This document shows positions 11,213 through 19,966 of a DNA stretch of 28,256 bases, in pieces. Each line of letters begins with the position of its first letter. Position 1 is the first letter of the stretch. The notes below the pieces were generated by a model. That model did no database searches. It was not told the origin of the DNA and was given only the letters and a program-made list of their open reading frames with translations. Both the position numbers and the translations under genes were made by a program. Where the stretch lies: positions 1 to 28,256 of the forward strand of contig CAVZPM010000004.1 in assembly GCA_963777155.1 (NCBI GenBank), in the 5' to 3' direction. This stretch comes from Candidatus Bathyarchaeota archaeon (GTDB lineage: Archaea > Thermoproteota > Bathyarchaeia > Bathyarchaeales > Bathycorpusculaceae).

Positions 11213-11596
11213 TCATCTTTTTCAATCCCAGCGTGAATCGTCTCAATTCTATTGTTGAAACACATATTCTCAAGCTGCAGCCTATCTTGGGTGTTTCTTT
11301 CAACTTCTTCCCTCAAAACGCTAGATCGCTCAAGATAGCTCTTCGTAGAGAGAAAGAAACTCCCTGCCCGCCTCAGTAATCAAATAGCCAGAATCAACAT
11401 CATGCTCCAAAAGACCACTCCTCAAAAGAGCACTCAGATACTTTTCTACTTGATGAAAACTCAAATTAGCCCCATACATAATTTTTGTCTTCCGACTCCT
11501 AACTGAAGCTATAGAAAGCATAGCCTGCACAATATCCAAACTACAACGATTCTTACTCACAGATCGCACATTATTCAAAGATAAACACAACCCCAA
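11213..11596 (-). CDS. Winged-helix regulator, paralogue B (frameshift near 11340)
   Basis: NRCSLDIVQAML..KTKIMYGANLSFHQVEKYL..YLITEAGREFL. The shifted frame continues YLERSSVLREEVERNTQDRLQLENMCFNN..KR* to 11213. Confidence 0.85.
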
Positions 11597-12042
11597 GCAA
11601 ACTTACAATAAAATTAATAAGCAAAATTAGTTAGACAAAAATTCCGTCAAAGATAGCGGTTTATTTTTTTACTGATGCAGCACTCCGCTTTGACTTCTTG
11701 GGCTTTAACCCGTGAATCCTGGGAGCTTGTACTTGCTACCACTATCTATTCCCCCCGTGATTCGGAGCAGAAAGGACTAGCAGAAAGTACTAGAAACTCT
11801 ATCTGCGTTAGTATAGAGAGTTGAAGTCAAATAGTAATAAGATCGATGGGCAACAAGTACAGACTAAAGAACACATACCTAAGGACTAATACTTCAGGTA
11901 CTACCCAAAAAACCTCTCAAACATCGGCTTATTTTCTATAACATCAGGACCAAAAAGAAAGAAGAATGCCATCGCTAAGCTATACCAGATGTTCTACCAG
12001 CCTTAAATGATATGTTGGCTATATTGGCAAAGACAAGCCTTG

Positions 12043-12297
12043 ATGATAGAAAAACTCTTCGCCATCATAAAAGACGGACAATGGCACCAAATAGACGAGC
12101 TATCTGACCAAACCAAGGTAAAAAAAGACAAACTAACACAGTTCTTCCAGTTCCTATCAACACAAGGCATCATAACGTACGAAGAAAAAACAAACAGCAT
12201 CAAAGTCAAACCCGAATGGCAAAACCTCCTCCCAACCGAAACAGAACCCCCAGCAACCCCAAAAAGAAATCCCACCAAACCAGAAGCACCAAAGTAA
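12043..12297 (+). CDS. Small probable winged-helix DNA-binding protein
   Basis: MIEKLFAIIKDGQWHQIDELSDQTKVKKDKLTQFFQFLSTQGIITY fits a helix-HTH-wing pattern and is followed by a Pro-rich tail. Confidence 0.6.
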   Translation: MIEKLFAIIKDGQWHQIDELSDQTKVKKDKLTQFFQFLSTQGIITYEEKTNSIKVKPEWQNLLPTETEPPATPKRNPTKPEAPK

Positions 12298-12316
12298 GCG
12301 AAATGAATTAGAACAA

Positions 12317-12570
12317 TTAGGGCGGTGTCGGCGGAAGTGGCTGAGTTGGGCTCTTTTTACTTCTCACATAAAACACAACCGCAACAACAACGATCATTAG
12401 CCCTACAAAACCCAGTAAAACAATATAGTGGAAGATAAAATCCGGGTTACCGTTGTTGGAATTGCAGCGGGAACCAAAGTTGACCTTGAAGTTGGGGTGT
12501 TACTGCCAACTATTGTGTTAGAGTTTAAGTTTAAGATAGGACGTAGTAGCTGGACCAAGGTTTAGGTATT
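12317..12570 (-). pseudogene. Orphan C-terminal remnant of a membrane-anchored surface protein
   Basis: An S/T/P linker (NTPTSRSTLVPAAIPTT) is followed, in a shifted frame, by FHYIVLLGFVGLMIVVVAVVFYVRSKKSPTQPLPPTPP*. There is no upstream gene body. Confidence 0.5.
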
Positions 12571-12636
12571 TTCAAGTGATGCCTCATAAAATTAGTGAAA
12601 GCAGCAGATTGCAGTCTGTCTTTGGTGAAGGGTGAT

Positions 12637-12864
12637 TCAAGCTATCTCTTGAAGGATGGAAAATCCGGTCAGGTGAATATGGCTTCCGCAACTGTTACAG
12701 AGAATCTCTACTTCTTCTAAACCATTGCTGCTAACCTTTGGCTCCAAGATTGAGTATTTCTCTTCCGTGGGGTCTTCAGGAGAGATCACAATGCCACATT
12801 CTGGACATGAAATTTCTCCGTTTCCATCTATCTTGGTCAAATCTACTCTATGAGTTTGTTTCAT
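12637..12864 (-). CDS. Small CPxCG-type zinc-ribbon protein
   Basis: 75 aa with CPECG and CNSCG knuckles. AGGCGAG lies upstream of the ATG. Confidence 0.75.
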   Translation of the reverse strand: MKQTHRVDLTKIDGNGEISCPECGIVISPEDPTEEKYSILEPKVSSNGLEEVEILCNSCGSHIHLTGFSILQEIA

Positions 12865-13291
12865 TCTTCTCGCCTACTATTTTGAATTCAGGTTTTCACA
12901 CTCTTTTGCTATTTAATACTATTTGTTGGTTTTTCAAATTTATACCCAAATCTTTACCGAATTTCTGTCAATCAATAGACTAATTCTTGAATTGTCTGTG
13001 AAGCGTAAAATATTAGGAAGTAATGCTTGCACCCAGTAGGAAGAGTTGGGGAATTGGAAGTTGGATGCAAGCATCACACATTTTTCCCTAAATATCAGCC
13101 ATGTGCTATCGTCATTTAACATTTTTTGAGAAGACAACTTTACTGTTTTGCAAAGACGAAAGGGAAAAAGTTAGAACAAAATTTCTCCAAGTTGCTTTAA
13201 ATAAAAACCAGGTCTTACATCTTGGTACATGTGGACTGGAGTCAATTTTATTAGTTGCTTGTTGGTCTATTTTGTTTTAGAGGTTTGTTTT

Positions 13292-13474
13292 ATGGAGTTT
13301 AGGACAGCGGCAGTTGTGAGTTGCTGGATTTCTGTAGCTATGATAGCTTCTGTTTACATGTTTGTTTTCGGTAGCCAGATTGGAGATGTTTTGTTTGGGG
13401 TATTTTTGCCTGTTGGGTTGCTTGTTTTAGTAGCTTTGATTGTGACAATCTATGTAGCGTCAAGTCAGAAATAA
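13292..13474 (+). CDS. Small two-TM membrane protein
   Basis: GAGGT lies upstream of ATG 13292. MEFRTAAVVSCWISVAMIASVYM.. has two hydrophobic helices. Confidence 0.65.
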   Translation: MEFRTAAVVSCWISVAMIASVYMFVFGSQIGDVLFGVFLPVGLLVLVALIVTIYVASSQK

Positions 13475-13526
13475 GAAAAAGCTTCTAGAATTAATCTTCA
13501 AACAATTTTTGCGTGTTAGCAAGTTT

Positions 13527-13904
13527 CTATGATACTTTTTTTCCAGATAGCCTTCTATAATCAAGGTAAGCAAAGATTACTATCAGTGCTGTCCATGTTA
13601 TAAAGAGCAAATGCGCTCCCCCAATGAAGTAGAAGAATGAAATTGCTCTGTTAACAATGGAAATAGCAATTAGGAAAATGGCTCCTATCTTGTTTCTTCT
13701 TAAAATCAAAATTAACGCAATGGAATTTAGAATGGCAAAGATGGCAGCACTTGCAACCGCTATAGTATAATCAACAGCTAATGTGACACGCGCTTGTCCT
13801 AGAGGAATTCTTGGGTTTACTACCCAGAGAATTATTGACCCAACTTCAGCTATGATTGTTATTGCAGTCAGCACTATCAATATTCTATGCACTATATTTT
13901 GCAT
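13527..13904 (-). CDS. Four-TM hypothetical membrane protein
   Basis: 125 aa with four hydrophobic segments and basic cytoplasmic loops (RRNK, RRLSGKK). Confidence 0.7.
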   Translation of the reverse strand: MQNIVHRILIVLTAITIIAEVGSIILWVVNPRIPLGQARVTLAVDYTIAVASAAIFAILNSIALILILRRNKIGAIFLIAISIVNRAISFFYFIGGAHLLFITWTALIVIFAYLDYRRLSGKKVS

Positions 13905-13991
13905 AATTCAGATTATTGGAAATACTAGAATAAAAGTGTACAGCGTATGCTTGACTGCTATCTGAATGAGTATATCAGGTCCAGATTAATG

Positions 13992-14345
13992 CTAAACTAC
14001 CTTCTTTGAGTGGGGGAGTGAACTCTGGTTGAATGGATATGGTTTTACGCTGTTTCTGTATGAACCTTCATTTAAGAAACCAATTAATTGACAGTGCATT
14101 TCCAAAAATCTTAAGCCTCTTAACGTGGCTCTAAAAACTTCTATTCCATTGCGCCTGGATTTTTCTATAAGACCAGTTTGCAGGAGAAAGGAAAGGTAAC
14201 TTTCAAGCTGGTCAAGACTCAGGTTTGCCTTAGACTTGATTTTAGATTTAGATGCCCCTTTTTTAGCTACGCTGATAACTTCTTTTACTATAGTAGTTTG
14301 GTCTCTTTCTTTCAGCTTATTTCCGTTTAGATCAATGAGGGTTAT
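13992..14345 (-). CDS. Winged-helix regulator, paralogue C (not in ORF track; no canonical start)
   Basis: The open frame encodes KERDQTTIVKEVISVAKKGASKSKIKSKANLSLDQLESYLSFLLQTGLIEK..FRATLRGLRFLE. It begins at ATA just after an in-frame TAA, with AGGAG 9 nt upstream. Confidence 0.75.
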   Translation of the reverse strand: MTLIDLNGNKLKERDQTTIVKEVISVAKKGASKSKIKSKANLSLDQLESYLSFLLQTGLIEKSRRNGIEVFRATLRGLRFLEMHCQLIGFLNEGSYRNSVKPYPFNQSSLPHSKKVV

Positions 14346-14750
14346 TTAGGATTTCTCCTATAGAATTGTTTAGAAGCTCTCCTTTCTCCCCAAAACAAGA
14401 AAGAGGCTAATACGCTTAAAAGGGATATTTCAAAAGCAGAATATATCAAAAACTCTAGTCTTTTATTTGGCCTAAACTTGAAAGTACTAAACTGCGAGAG
14501 AGGTTTTATTTTTCAGTCTTCGATTGTTTCTAGCATAGATTGACCGCAACATTCTGGGTTCTTCTGTTCATGACAATTGTGAGCATGGTTGCAGTCACAT
14601 GTCTCATAGTCAGCTTCAAGTTTCTTACCGCATACTCTACATTGAAAGGTAGGCGCTCAAATTGTTGAAAGAAAGATGGAAAATAACCCTTAAGTGATAG
14701 ATAATTCAGACGCACACAGTCTCTTTAGAATCTTTTCACCATGCTCTGTT

Positions 14751-14844
14751 GGTTAGGGGCTGCCGAATATTGACGGGGGTTTTGCATTTCCCTCTCTCCT
14801 TTTCTGCTATACCTAAGAGCTCAGCCAGCCCTTAACCGTCCCCC
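14751..14844 (+). ncRNA. Candidate structured RNA element
   Basis: A 12-bp stem GGTTAGGGGCTG/CAGCCCTTAACC (one G-U pair) encloses a pyrimidine tract. GACGG/CCGTC offers an alternative pairing. Confidence 0.3.
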
Positions 14845-15131
14845 ATTGACTTTGCTAAGCGGGTGCTATGATGTTTAGGAAAGCGAAAATGTCACTGTCT
14901 AGTTATGAAGATTCGGAATCGTAATAGTCCGATATTTTCTAAGGAAAGAACCGTTTTATATATACTAAATTCCATTAAAGAACTCAAATCGAGCCTAAAG
15001 AAGAAAGAAAAACCAAACAACTTTACAAAAGCCTAGTAAATTCGACAATTCAACCTAAGCGAAATGGACAAGGAAAAATCGAACACCCTTAATTCTCCGA
15101 CAGCAAACTGTTAATTTGAGAAGACTAATTC

Positions 15132-15308
15132 ATGAAACCTCTACAGGTAGTTAGGGTTGATTCAGACGATGGAGATACACACTTCGTTTTCATAGACCTT
15201 AAGCCTTCTGAAAAAAACAATTGCGCACAGGATTACGATGAGGTTGAAGTAAAGAGAACATCAAGAAAGGAAGCATCAAAACCACTAATTCTAAAACGAA
15301 CAGAATAA
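15132..15308 (+). CDS. Small hypothetical protein (58 aa)
   Basis: MKPLQVVRVDSDDGDTHFVFIDLKPSEK.. is co-oriented and upstream of the phosphorylase. It falls below the ORF-track length cut-off. Confidence 0.4.
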   Translation: MKPLQVVRVDSDDGDTHFVFIDLKPSEKNNCAQDYDEVEVKRTSRKEASKPLILKRTE

Positions 15309-15453
15309 AAAATCGCGCGCTACCTTGCTCCAATATGATCATTAATACAGAAAAGCCACTGTGCAAATCTAAAGGCAGAGCTACTTAAGTCTGTAAACAT
15401 GAAGTCCACGAACTAAACCCTTATTATTTTTGCTGCAATCATGTCTGTAACTA

Positions 15454-17115
15454 ATGCCAAATCAATCTACTGTAGCATATCTTTCAATGGAAATCGGTGT
15501 AGACGCTAGACTTCCCACTTGTTGCGGAGGACTTGGAGTCCTAGCGGGCGACGCAATAAAAGGTTCAGCGGATATCAATTTTCCTTTAGTTGGCGTATCA
15601 TTAAGACACCACAAAGGATATTTCGAACAGAAAATTGAAAACTACCAACAAAAAGAAGTTCTAAAAAGATCAAATCCATTTGGCATCCTAAGAAAAAGAG
15701 ATGAAACAGTCAAGGTAAAAATTGAAGGCAAAGACGTAACGGTTGGAGCAGAAGAATACATAATAAAAAATGGCCATAGCAACAGAGTAACCATATATTT
15801 TCTTGACTCAAGACTAGACGAAAATGAAGAAGAGGATAGAGAAATCTGTGAGACATGCTACTGGAGTGGCAAGCACACTACATACGAAGTGCACCAAAAA
15901 CACAGGTTCAAACAAGAAGTAGTCCTTGGAATAGGCGGAGTTAAATTTCTAGAAAAGCTTGGATATAACATTAAAAAGTATCATATGAACGAAGGCCACA
16001 CCGCACTTGCCACATTAGAAATTGCAAAAAGAAACAATTGGGACGAGAAAGAAACAAAGAAAAAATTCAGCTTCACAACCCATACTCTGGTTCCAGCAGG
16101 CCACGAAATATTCCCTATAAGTATGGTGGAGAGCATTCTTGGAGACTCTTTCCCCCTGGACAAAATCATGAAATATGGTGGACAAGAAAACTACCTGAAC
16201 ATGACCAAGCTAGCCATGAACCTGAGCGATTATCAGAACGCTGTTTCTAAAAAGAACGCTGAAGCAGCCAGAAAAATGTTTCCCGAAAAAAACATAGATT
16301 ACATAACGAATGCTGTTCATCTTGGAACCTGGACCAGCGGCGCTTTCAAAGGTTTATTTGATAGACACCTTCCAGGTTGGGAAGAGAACCCTGAAAAACT
16401 AAAAGATGCCATAAAACTACCTAATGAAGAGGTATGGAAGGCACATATTGAGAATAAGACTATTTTGTTAGACCTCATAGAAGACGACTACGGAATAGAT
16501 TTGGATAGAAACAGGCTAACTTTAGGTTGGTTTAGAAGAATAGCTGAATACAAAAGGCCAACATTAATTTTCACCGAAAGGGAAAGACTTAAACTGATTG
16601 GATCAGGAAAAATCCAAATTCTCATAGCTGGAAAAGCCCATCCCAGAGATGGCTTTGGCAAAGAGGCAATAAAAAAGATTCATGAAGAAAGCAGAATAAT
16701 CAATGGCAACATCCCAATCATTTTCATAGAAAACTATGGAATGGAAATAAGCCCAACCTTGATTGCGGGTGTTGATGTCTTATTGAATACGCCAAGACCG
16801 CCTAACGAAGCATCCGGAACCAGCGGAATGAAAGCTCTTTCAAATGGAGTCATAAATGTCAGTTCTTGGGATGGATGGATCGATGAAGAATTTAAAACAA
16901 AAGAAGGAGCGATAGGCTGGGCTTTTGGCGATCAACGTGAAACTGACTTTCAAGATGCCCATGGCCTCTACAACGTATTAGAACAAAAGGTTATTCCCAC
17001 CTTTTATCATAACCGAAGGAAATGGATAGAAATGCAAAAAGAATCTATCTCACTTGCTTCTTATTACAACACAAACAGAATGATAAACGAATACATAGAA
17101 AAGGCCTGGAAATAA
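15454..17115 (+). CDS. glgP: Alpha-glucan (glycogen/maltodextrin) phosphorylase, GT35
   Basis: VAYLSMEIG, GGLGVLAGD, QEVVLGIGG, HMNEGH, FTTHT, RRIAEYKRP, AGKAHP, GVDVLLNTP and the PLP-lysine motif EASGTSGMKA are all present. Confidence 0.95.
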   Translation: MPNQSTVAYLSMEIGVDARLPTCCGGLGVLAGDAIKGSADINFPLVGVSLRHHKGYFEQKIENYQQKEVLKRSNPFGILRKRDETVKVKIEGKDVTVGAEEYIIKNGHSNRVTIYFLDSRLDENEEEDREICETCYWSGKHTTYEVHQKHRFKQEVVLGIGGVKFLEKLGYNIKKYHMNEGHTALATLEIAKRNNWDEKETKKKFSFTTHTLVPAGHEIFPISMVESILGDSFPLDKIMKYGGQENYLNMTKLAMNLSDYQNAVSKKNAEAARKMFPEKNIDYITNAVHLGTWTSGAFKGLFDRHLPGWEENPEKLKDAIKLPNEEVWKAHIENKTILLDLIEDDYGIDLDRNRLTLGWFRRIAEYKRPTLIFTERERLKLIGSGKIQILIAGKAHPRDGFGKEAIKKIHEESRIINGNIPIIFIENYGMEISPTLIAGVDVLLNTPRPPNEASGTSGMKALSNGVINVSSWDGWIDEEFKTKEGAIGWAFGDQRETDFQDAHGLYNVLEQKVIPTFYHNRRKWIEMQKESISLASYYNTNRMINEYIEKAWK

Positions 17116-17155
17116 TTAAAAGTACCCCAGCTCGCTATCAGAACTAGGTCTCGAC

Positions 17156-17308
17156 ATGAAGTACTACTCGGAAGATGAAACTAAGGAAATAAGATTGGCA
17201 CTCGAAGCAGAGATACTGAAGTGGTCAAGTCGATCAGTTCGGGTGATGTTGTTATGTGTACTCTTGGTCAAGGGAATATTTAGTGAAGAAGATACCATCA
17301 TACCATAA
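17156..17308 (+). pseudogene. Possible truncated gene remnant
   Basis: MKYYSEDETKEIRLALEAEILKW reads like a genuine N-terminus (reminiscent of archaeal TfoX-like proteins, from memory) and then degenerates. Confidence 0.25.
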
Positions 17309-17598
17309 CCGTACTTTCGGGCGGAAAAAGAGTGAAGAATTGGAATCAAATAACCCGAAGAACTCTACAAAAATAAAGTTCCTTATGCCTTTTTCGCTAC
17401 AGGTTTAACCTGGAAAAAATGAAGATACCTCTAGTCACCTTCTTCTAATTTATTGCTGTAGATTTCTCAACATTATCGCCAATAATTGGAATTATAAATT
17501 AAAATAATAAGAAAATTTTGAATAATTTACAAAAATATGCAAATTTTCACAATAGGTTTAATAGTGATCGCGGCAATTGAGGAAGAAGTGTTTAAACA

Positions 17599-17946
17599 AT
17601 GTCAAAAGTTCATGTTAAAAAGCAATTAATCACAAAACCTACCAACATAAAACCTATCACTACCGTGTCCTTTGAAAACGGCTTTCATTTCTGCACAAAC
17701 GTTGGGAACTATACTGGAATAACTGCAACTAATCTCAGCGAGTTCGATTCAAAATTAAAGATTATCCCAGCGGAGTCTATAAAATTCCATTTTCAACGCA
17801 AAGACTTCGAAAAATGGATAAAATACGCAATCAAAGATGCTGCATTAGCCGAAAGAATAAGCACTATAAAAGAAGAGCAATCTACAGAAGACTTAAGAAA
17901 AGAAATCCTAAAGACCGTTGAAACAAGCATATCTTACACTCTTTAA
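17599..17946 (+). CDS. DUF5752 family protein
   Basis: GFHFCTNVGNYTGITATNLSEF..IPAESIKFHFQRKDFEKWIKYAIKDAALAERI matches the family pattern (F-x-F ... A-x-N-L-x-E-F ... S-I-x-F-H ... D-F-x-x-W). Confidence 0.8.
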   Translation: MSKVHVKKQLITKPTNIKPITTVSFENGFHFCTNVGNYTGITATNLSEFDSKLKIIPAESIKFHFQRKDFEKWIKYAIKDAALAERISTIKEEQSTEDLRKEILKTVETSISYTL

Positions 17947-17996
17947 AAGTTCATTCACTCTGGTACATTCCGAAAAACAAAAATCGCCATCTAAAT

Positions 17997-18317
17997 TTAG
18001 AGCTCGTTGGTCAGGGCAAGCTCATTTGCTTTCTTAAGAACCGCTAACAAAGTCTTGCCCCGCTGAGAAATATGATAACATTTCTTTCCATCAGAATCAA
18101 AAGTCTGCTCGATGAAACCTTTTGATAAAAAATCAAAAAAGTACTTGTTGAAACGTGCATAATTCAAATTAGCCCTATACATGATTCTCATTTTCTTCTG
18201 AGGGGTCAATGTCGCCTCTAAGATATCTATGGTAATGGTTCCCCTTCCACGTTTATGCACGCAACTCTCGCCTAAACAAGAATGCCACAAAAAACGCATA
18301 TAAGCCATATTTCGCAA
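17997..18317 (-). CDS. Winged-helix regulator, paralogue D
   Basis: KRGRGTITIDILEA..KKMRIMYRANLNYARFNKYF..YHISQRGKTLL. The true start may be the GTG near 18260. Confidence 0.85.
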   Translation of the reverse strand: MRNMAYMRFLWHSCLGESCVHKRGRGTITIDILEATLTPQKKMRIMYRANLNYARFNKYFFDFLSKGFIEQTFDSDGKKCYHISQRGKTLLAVLKKANELALTNEL

Positions 18318-18894
18318 TACACAATATATCTACAAAAAAACAATAGACCTTCTATTCACCAAACAAAAACATCTCACACCCAACCCATAAAAACAACTGT
18401 AGTCTTGTTGAACGCTTAGACGACGCTTAGCAATAATACACATGATTTATATCCAAACTCCTAAAAAAGATAAGTATGAGCTCCTGCTATGAAATCGAAG
18501 AAAGTGTTTTCAACAAACTCCCAGACTGTGGGTACTCTATAGAAGCCTCTAGAGCTATCTTTGAGTGGTACCACCGCTAACCATTTGATGGGCACTGCCT
18601 GATTACAAAATCATTTTCGTGCAAAATACCTCAGACAGTCTACTCACTACCTTCACAAATATACAACGTAACTGCTGAGGTCCTCTGAAACTATACTTAG
18701 CTTTAATACTGCTCTTAAATCCATTAACCTTATTTCTTTCCACTTCCTTACTCTTTTAATGTTTTTTATGCGTAAACTTAGCAAGAGAAAACAGATTCAG
18801 CGTTTGCGGGAAGCCGCCGAAGAAATAGCACTGCAATCAATTGAACTCTAAGAAGCCAAACGACGAGCAGATATTGGATAGATTTCTGAGGATT

Positions 18895-19065
18895 CTATTC
18901 TAGAGTAATAGAGCTATGTAAATTCAATCCACGATATATCATGTCCGCCTTGCAAGTAATCATATCTCCAAGGGTTAGTCTTTTAAAATCACACATACAC
19001 TTTCTTAGCATACGATAGACGCTGATGGCTACTTGCTCTCTTAAATTCTGACCTTTCTTGGACAC
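18895..19065 (-). CDS. Small hypothetical protein, apparently translationally coupled to the upstream ORF
   Basis: The GTG at 19065 overlaps the TAG stop of 19065..19247 (TAGTG). Product: MSKKGQNLREQVAISVYRMLRKCMCD... Confidence 0.3.
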   Translation of the reverse strand: MSKKGQNLREQVAISVYRMLRKCMCDFKRLTLGDMITCKADMIYRGLNLHSSITLE

Positions 19066-19247
19066 TAAACTACGTACGAGATTGGGAGCAAACCAACCTT
19101 GTCCTCCGAGTGCATTATTTGTGAGTTTTTTGAAAGCCAATCAGAAAGTTTTTGGCACTCGTAGGGTTTACAGGTGAAAGTTCCCGCTCTTGAATCGTGT
19201 TTTTTGCAGAAAGAGCAGGGAATCCTTGTTTCGTTATCCATAACCAT
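19065..19247 (-). CDS. Small four-Cys protein, putative metal binder
   Basis: IPCSFCKKHDSRAGTFTCKPYECQKLSDWL gives CxxC-x11-CxxxxC spacing. Confidence 0.55.
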   Translation of the reverse strand: MVMDNETRIPCSFCKKHDSRAGTFTCKPYECQKLSDWLSKNSQIMHSEDKVGLLPISYVV

Positions 19248-19404
19248 CCTGGGAATATTTGTGTAAGATTGGCTTTATCGTTTATGAAGCAGAAATCAAG
19301 AGCAGTATACAGTTAAAGAACTCGCTTTCTACCTTTCGGTGAAATAAACTTTGGAGAGCACTCTTTGGCACCGGCTATTTTACGTATTTTCCCTATTTTT
19401 TTCT

Positions 19405-19734
19405 CTATCTCATAACCGCCCGGCTTATCATTGCTATGCCATCATCTGCAGGAAAAATTGTTGTTTGCCATAAGTCAGTATTGTAGGCGCTTTGCCATTC
19501 AACGCTTGTAATTTCTTGTCTGGTAATTGTCTTTAGAATTTTTTGATTAAGAATTTTTTCGGCGATTTGTGGAGCAACTTCGTAAATGTTCTTTCCAATT
19601 ATTTGAGCTGGCTTACTATCTAAAAGGGTAGCCTGTGAATTATTGACATAAGTAATGTTCATTTCTGAATCTAAAGCGATAACGCTGTCTTTGAGAGCAT
19701 CGAGTAAATCAAATAAGGCTTTGCTTATTTGCAC
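19405..19734 (-). CDS. Stand-alone PAS domain protein
   Basis: LLDALKDSVIALDSEMNITYVN..IIGKNIYEVAP..WQTTIFPADDGIAMISR resembles PAS_4. GGAG lies upstream of GTG 19734. Confidence 0.8.
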   Translation of the reverse strand: MQISKALFDLLDALKDSVIALDSEMNITYVNNSQATLLDSKPAQIIGKNIYEVAPQIAEKILNQKILKTITRQEITSVEWQSAYNTDLWQTTIFPADDGIAMISRAVMR

Positions 19735-19966
19735 AATAACTCCCCAAAACAATATTGGTGCTTTTAGCACTTAAAGTATTTGGCATAACTATTCTTTGCT
19801 TAAATTTTGCTCGGAAATCAAGCATTGTCTTGACAGTAAAAATCCCAAAAATGTTTCCCGTCTGCCGCAAAAAACAGAGTTCTAAGGTGCTAGGAGAGTA
19901 GTAAGCTTCATACTTCTGTTTTCTTCTAACTTTTAGTGACTGAATTGAGCGTTTGGAGGTGAAAGA

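Noticed and set aside
18528-18575. Imperfect hairpin upstream of wHTH D
   Set aside because: The stem has many mismatches and is not clearly above background.
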